Of a stretch of DNA of 64,000 nt, positions 57,462-64,000 are shown piece after piece. Origin of the DNA: Eledone cirrhosa (lineage: Eukaryota); contig OZ024742.1 in the NCBI GenBank assembly GCA_964016885.1, forward strand, positions 228,718,001 to 228,782,000. The letters are read 5' to 3'. Made by a program: the position numbers and the translations under genes. Positions within the stretch are counted from its first letter, which is position 1. The number at the start of each line of letters is the position of its first letter. Below the pieces are notes generated by a model that ran no database searches, was not told where the DNA came from, and saw only the letters and a program-made list of their open reading frames with translations.

Positions 57462-57936
57462 CTGGACGGCTGGAATAGGTAAAAGAGTAAAAGAGTAAAA
57501 GAGTAATATATATATATATGTGTCTGTGTGTGTGATAGTGTGGCATTTGTTCAAGGCCTTTGCTTTCCCTGTTCAGTCCCGTCTGCCGTGTATTTAGGTG
57601 GTGGGAAAATATTCATTACCCTTTTTCAACACCACCACCTGTTTCTTGGGTGTCATTAGCAGAATCCACCCCGTTGTAAGTATTCGAACCAGCTGTCCAG
57701 TTTTCGGATTCTTTCCACCCCCAGCATATCCGAGACCCTGTGAAGGCTGATGAATTCACTTCTTTCCCGAATTACTCACTGACAGCAAAAAAAAAAATAC
57801 ATATATTTGGATTAATTTTGCTTTACAAGGCAACGTTCGTCTGCAAGCATCATGGGTGTATAACTGCTGAAGTGAATAAACTGGGTAAGGAGATTCTGGT
57901 TTGTTCATCACATTCTTCAACCATCGATATACATAC

Positions 57937-58022
<86 letters not shown>

Positions 58023-58048
58023 CTCTCTTTCTCTTTCTCTCTCTCTCT

Positions 58049-58754
<706 letters not shown>

Positions 58755-59524
58755 GTGGTTCAAATTTGGGGTAAGGGTTGTACCTTACCATTTCTTAACT
58801 ACTACTTATTCTATCGATTTGAAGGACGAAAAAGCAAATTTAACCTTGCCTTTCATCTAGCTGGATCAATAAAATACATTTCGATAATTATTGCCATTTC
58901 TTTTTTTTTCTTTTCCCGACATTGACAATTTTATTGGCAGTAAAATATTTTCCAAACGCGACAGACACAGAAAAAAAAAAACACTTAAAGAGTTGACTGG
59001 CTCTAAAAACTTTCATTTCTCCTGAACAAAAATATGTTGCCTCATTACACGGTAAAAACTATATTGAACTAAATTGAGCTTAGCTTTGATTAAATCATAG
59101 TTTTTAGCTTGTGTTTTATATGGTTTTTACAACTTGTCCCATGAATCTGACACTAATTTAAGGTCAACCGAATATATAACATAATATAAAGTAATGGTGT
59201 CTAATTTAGGTATAAGGCCAGCAATTTTAGTGAGAATGATATACTGGCATTTTATTTTATCAAACCTGGAAAATGTAATGCGAAGTTTACCTCGGCGGGA
59301 TTTGAACTCAGAACGTAAACAACTGCAACAAAATATACCGATTCAGATAATCTACCCCCGTGATATATGCATTCACCGTCCTTTAACTCCTGATGGAGTT
59401 GTAGAGGTGCCAGAGTGGTATATGGCGTTTCTAGGGCATTTTAACCGTGGCGGTGCTCATCACTCTCCAGATCTGTACACAGCAGATTTATTTCAGAGAA
59501 GGATAGAAAGTGAGAAAGATATAT

Positions 59525-59692
59525 AGAGGAAAAGTTAATCCCTGTACTAGTCTGGTATACTTTTTATCGACCTTGAAAAGATGAAAGGCAAAGCTGAACT
59601 CGGCTGGATTTGAACTTGGAGAGCAGGGAGCCGGAACGAATACCGCAAAGCCTTCTATTTGACGTTCTAACGACTCTGCCAATTCGTTACCT
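59525..59692 (-). mobile_element. SINE family 1 relative (another at 59193-59335)
   Basis: Reverse core and B-box. Confidence 0.72.
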
Positions 59693-60473
59693 TTCCGTAA
59701 TATATAATCAGCTATAATAAGAGTATGCCATGTGTGCTTATCTAAAGTCTGTCTTAAGTCAGAAGGCTTATTTGGCCGGTGTTTGGCGTGAAGCGACTGA
59801 GAGTACAAGACTCCCCGCTGGATAGGACGCCAGTCCATCGCAGGGTTAAACCCCTCGCTATTACTGGTACTTATTTACAGTTCAGTATATTGGAGAAACG
59901 TGAAATGAAGTGTTTTGCTCAAGAACACAACATGCAACCCAGGAATCGAACCCACGACATTATGATCGTAAGTCCAACACCCTTACCACTAGGCCACGTG
60001 CCTAGTGTGTGCATATATATATGTTTATATATTCCCCTGTCTGTAATTCTTTAAAATTTACAAACATAAAATACAGACACACACATAATGTATTTCATAT
60101 ATTAGTCATGTTATCTCAAAAAGAATTCCGCTTTCCAATCGCAAGGTCATGGATTTTAAACCTTCATTTATCTCTGTTACGCATACATTTAATACTGTAT
60201 GCCATTTGCACTCACACGCCGTAATTCTATCCTAGAAATAAATGATTAAAATATCAATCATATCTGTTATCCCTTGCAGGTGTCAGGAATCAACACAAAC
60301 TATAAGGTTCCTCTTACGGAAACCATTAATATGTTAATACATTAAAACACAAAAAGTACCCAGGTTTGCATGATTTCATATATCCGTTAATAATGTTTTA
60401 TATGGCAGCCCAATCAAGGACTCCAAAAATTAAACACTATTGCCAGCATTATTAACGACATCAGTTCCCTAGC

Positions 60474-60530
<57 letters not shown>

Positions 60531-60532
<2 letters not shown>

Positions 60533-60721
60533 CGAAGTGGGCTGTGTGGTTACTGTAAACAAAGTGTAAGGTAGTAATATGGACGTAAATAAGAGAAGAA
60601 ACCCTTCATAAGCTGTTAACTGCGATCATAGATGTTTTAAGCGCCGAAACATCTATGATCACAGTTAACAGCTGATGAAGGGTTTCTTCTCTTGTTTACG
60701 TCCATATTACTATCTTACACT
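60531..60721. mobile_element. Fold-back insert in (TA)n, arms 60563-60637 / 60647-60721 plus a 32-nt tail
   Basis: Direct mirror reading. Confidence 0.82.
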
Positions 60722-60752
60722 ATATATATATATATATATATATATGAAAACA

Positions 60753-60870
60753 TTTAAGATCCCGACGGCCGAGCTCCGGCCGTTTCAACAGCTAGATGCG
60801 AACAGAATTCGGATCTAGCTGTTTTACCCACTCCACTAACCCAAGTATCGAGTACTCTGGTGAGTAATGG
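60753..60870. mobile_element. Family D variant subfamily fold-back fragment
   Basis: gatcccgacggccgagctccggccgtttc...ttacccactccactaacccaagtatcgagtactctggtg. Confidence 0.72.
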
Positions 60871-60938
60871 ACCAACTGTTTTTTACCGCCTCCATCCTGA
60901 TATATACATCATTGTCTACCGAATGTATATATATATAC

Positions 60939-61033
<95 letters not shown>

Positions 61034-61037
<4 letters not shown>

Positions 61038-61615
61038 GATAAATCTACCAAGAGTTTACGGTAGTGTCCAATCCGTATGAAGAACTCAATGTAATCCGGA
61101 TATCATGGAAAGAAGAGATGCAATGAAAAATCACTTTCGGTGAAAGATAAACGGAATACAGAGACAAGATAAAATATTAAAAAAATAATGAATAAAACAA
61201 TGAAACAGTTCCTTATATTAAACAAAAAAAGTTCATTATTTAACGATCGTTTCTAGGATATATATGTGTTAGAATTGGCATGCATATTCAACAGATCTAT
61301 GTACAAAATTATACAAAATTATACAAACTATCTAAATTAAATATACATACCAACACATATATATGCCGTCTTCAGAAATAAAGATTATTTAATAAATAAG
61401 ATTATTTCTGAAGACGGCATATATATATGTGTTGGTATGTATATTTAATTTTGATAGTTTGTATAATTTTGTATAATTTTGTACATAGATCTGTTGAATA
61501 TGCATGCCAATTCTAACACATATATATCCTAGAAACGATCGTTAAATAATGAACTTTTTTTGTTTAATATAAGGAACTGTTTCATTGTTTTATTCATTAT
61601 TTTTTAAATATTTTA
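61034..61615. mobile_element. Fold-back family J, arms ~61170-61381 / 61402-61615 plus tail 61034-61169
   Basis: Near-perfect mirror arms, each with a complete HHR, and (TA)n flanks. Confidence 0.88.
61401..61550 (+). ncRNA. Type I HHR with a very long stem II (mirror copy 61235-61381, minus)
   Basis: attattt CTGAAGA [117 nt] GAAA cgatcg TT aaataat. Confidence 0.75.
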
Positions 61616-61636
61616 TATATATATATATATATATAT

Positions 61637-63032
<1,396 letters not shown>

Positions 63033-63061
63033 TGACACATATATATATATATATACATATA

Positions 63062-63222
<161 letters not shown>

Positions 63223-63342
63223 GGTAGATAAGGATGCAATTCAAATCAAGCACTCGACGTCATATTACTTCTTCAAAATAAGGATGAAGAGTATATTTAT
63301 AAAGAGGAAAGTGCGAAGTTGTAGATGTTAGAGTCTTTCATG

Positions 63343-63490
63343 TGGATTGGCAGTATCGGTAGAGAGTCGGACACCTTGCTTTGCAGCAAAGAGTTGCGGC
63401 CCTTTATGGTCTGAGTTCAAATCCTGCCGAGGTCAACTTTGCCTTTCATTCTTACGGGGTCGATAAAATAAAGTACCAGTAATGTACTGT
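63343..63490 (+). mobile_element. SINE family 1
   Basis: Head, B-box and core. Confidence 0.85.
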
Positions 63491-63702
63491 ATATATATAT
63501 ATATATATTATTTAGGTTTGTTGGTTCACCACTGGATAGAACTGGTCATTCGGTATGGTCAACCTCGATGTAATATTATGGAGAGCACTCAACGTGATGC
63601 AACTCACCCGTCTTCGTTAGTGTAGTTGGTGATGCGAGTTCGGAGTTAATTATTATAAAATAACAGGAGGCTGGACTGGTGTAAATCCTTGAAAGGTTTA
63701 TT

Positions 63703-63760
63703 ACACTATGATCATTTCAATGACCGGGTCCAGTATGAATCCGGTGACATCGTCAGGTAT
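63703..63760 (-). ncRNA. Type I HHR at a probable PLE 3' end running off the window
   Basis: atac CTGACGA tgtcaccggattca tac tggacccggtcatt GAAA tgatca TA gtgt. Upstream minus strand has a degenerate KL.TLSPDGH, resembling a PLE GIY-YIG C-terminus. Confidence 0.75.
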
Positions 63761-64000
63761 TTCAAAATATAACAAAGGAATATAACAGATAAAATCCATG
63801 GGGCTGAAAATCAGAGACAAGAGGACGACCGACTATTTAGCAGCTTTTCCCTCGGTCGGTCGCTCTCAAGTGTTGATTATTAAGTCTACTTATGACCATC
63901 TGGTGAGAGGGTGCAAGCTTATAATGTGCTACTACCTTCCCGTCAAAGAGTAAAGTCAGCGTTGAGGTCATGCCTCAACCAGGCTGATCATGCTAGAAAT

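Overview
AT-rich, microsatellite-dense eukaryotic DNA. The SINE families and (TA)n/(CA)n density suggest an Octopus-like cephalopod (inference). I found no intact host gene, rRNA, true tRNA or CRISPR array; the window is almost all mobile DNA. It contains: (1) three Tx1/L1-clade LINE copies, one near full length (ORF1 zinc knuckle; ORF2 APE-RT-CCHC, disabled), all ending in (ATCT)n; (2) two Penelope-like element (PLE, probably Naiad-type) copies with RT and GIY-YIG remnants, one forming a ~1.66 kb inverted repeat; (3) degraded CR1-like, RTE, DNA-transposase, hAT-MITE and Helitron remnants and many tRNA-derived SINEs. The main hidden signal is a set of minimal type I hammerhead ribozyme (HHR) motifs in about eight unrelated repeat families. 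They include a 431-bp ORF-less retrozyme-like tandem unit, a compensatory U3-A8 core variant and an HHR with a ~117-nt stem II. Many sit in fold-back inserts in (TA)n where one arm carries a 3' tail and the mirror arm stops short of it. All motif calls and coordinates were read by eye, with no database or folding runs.
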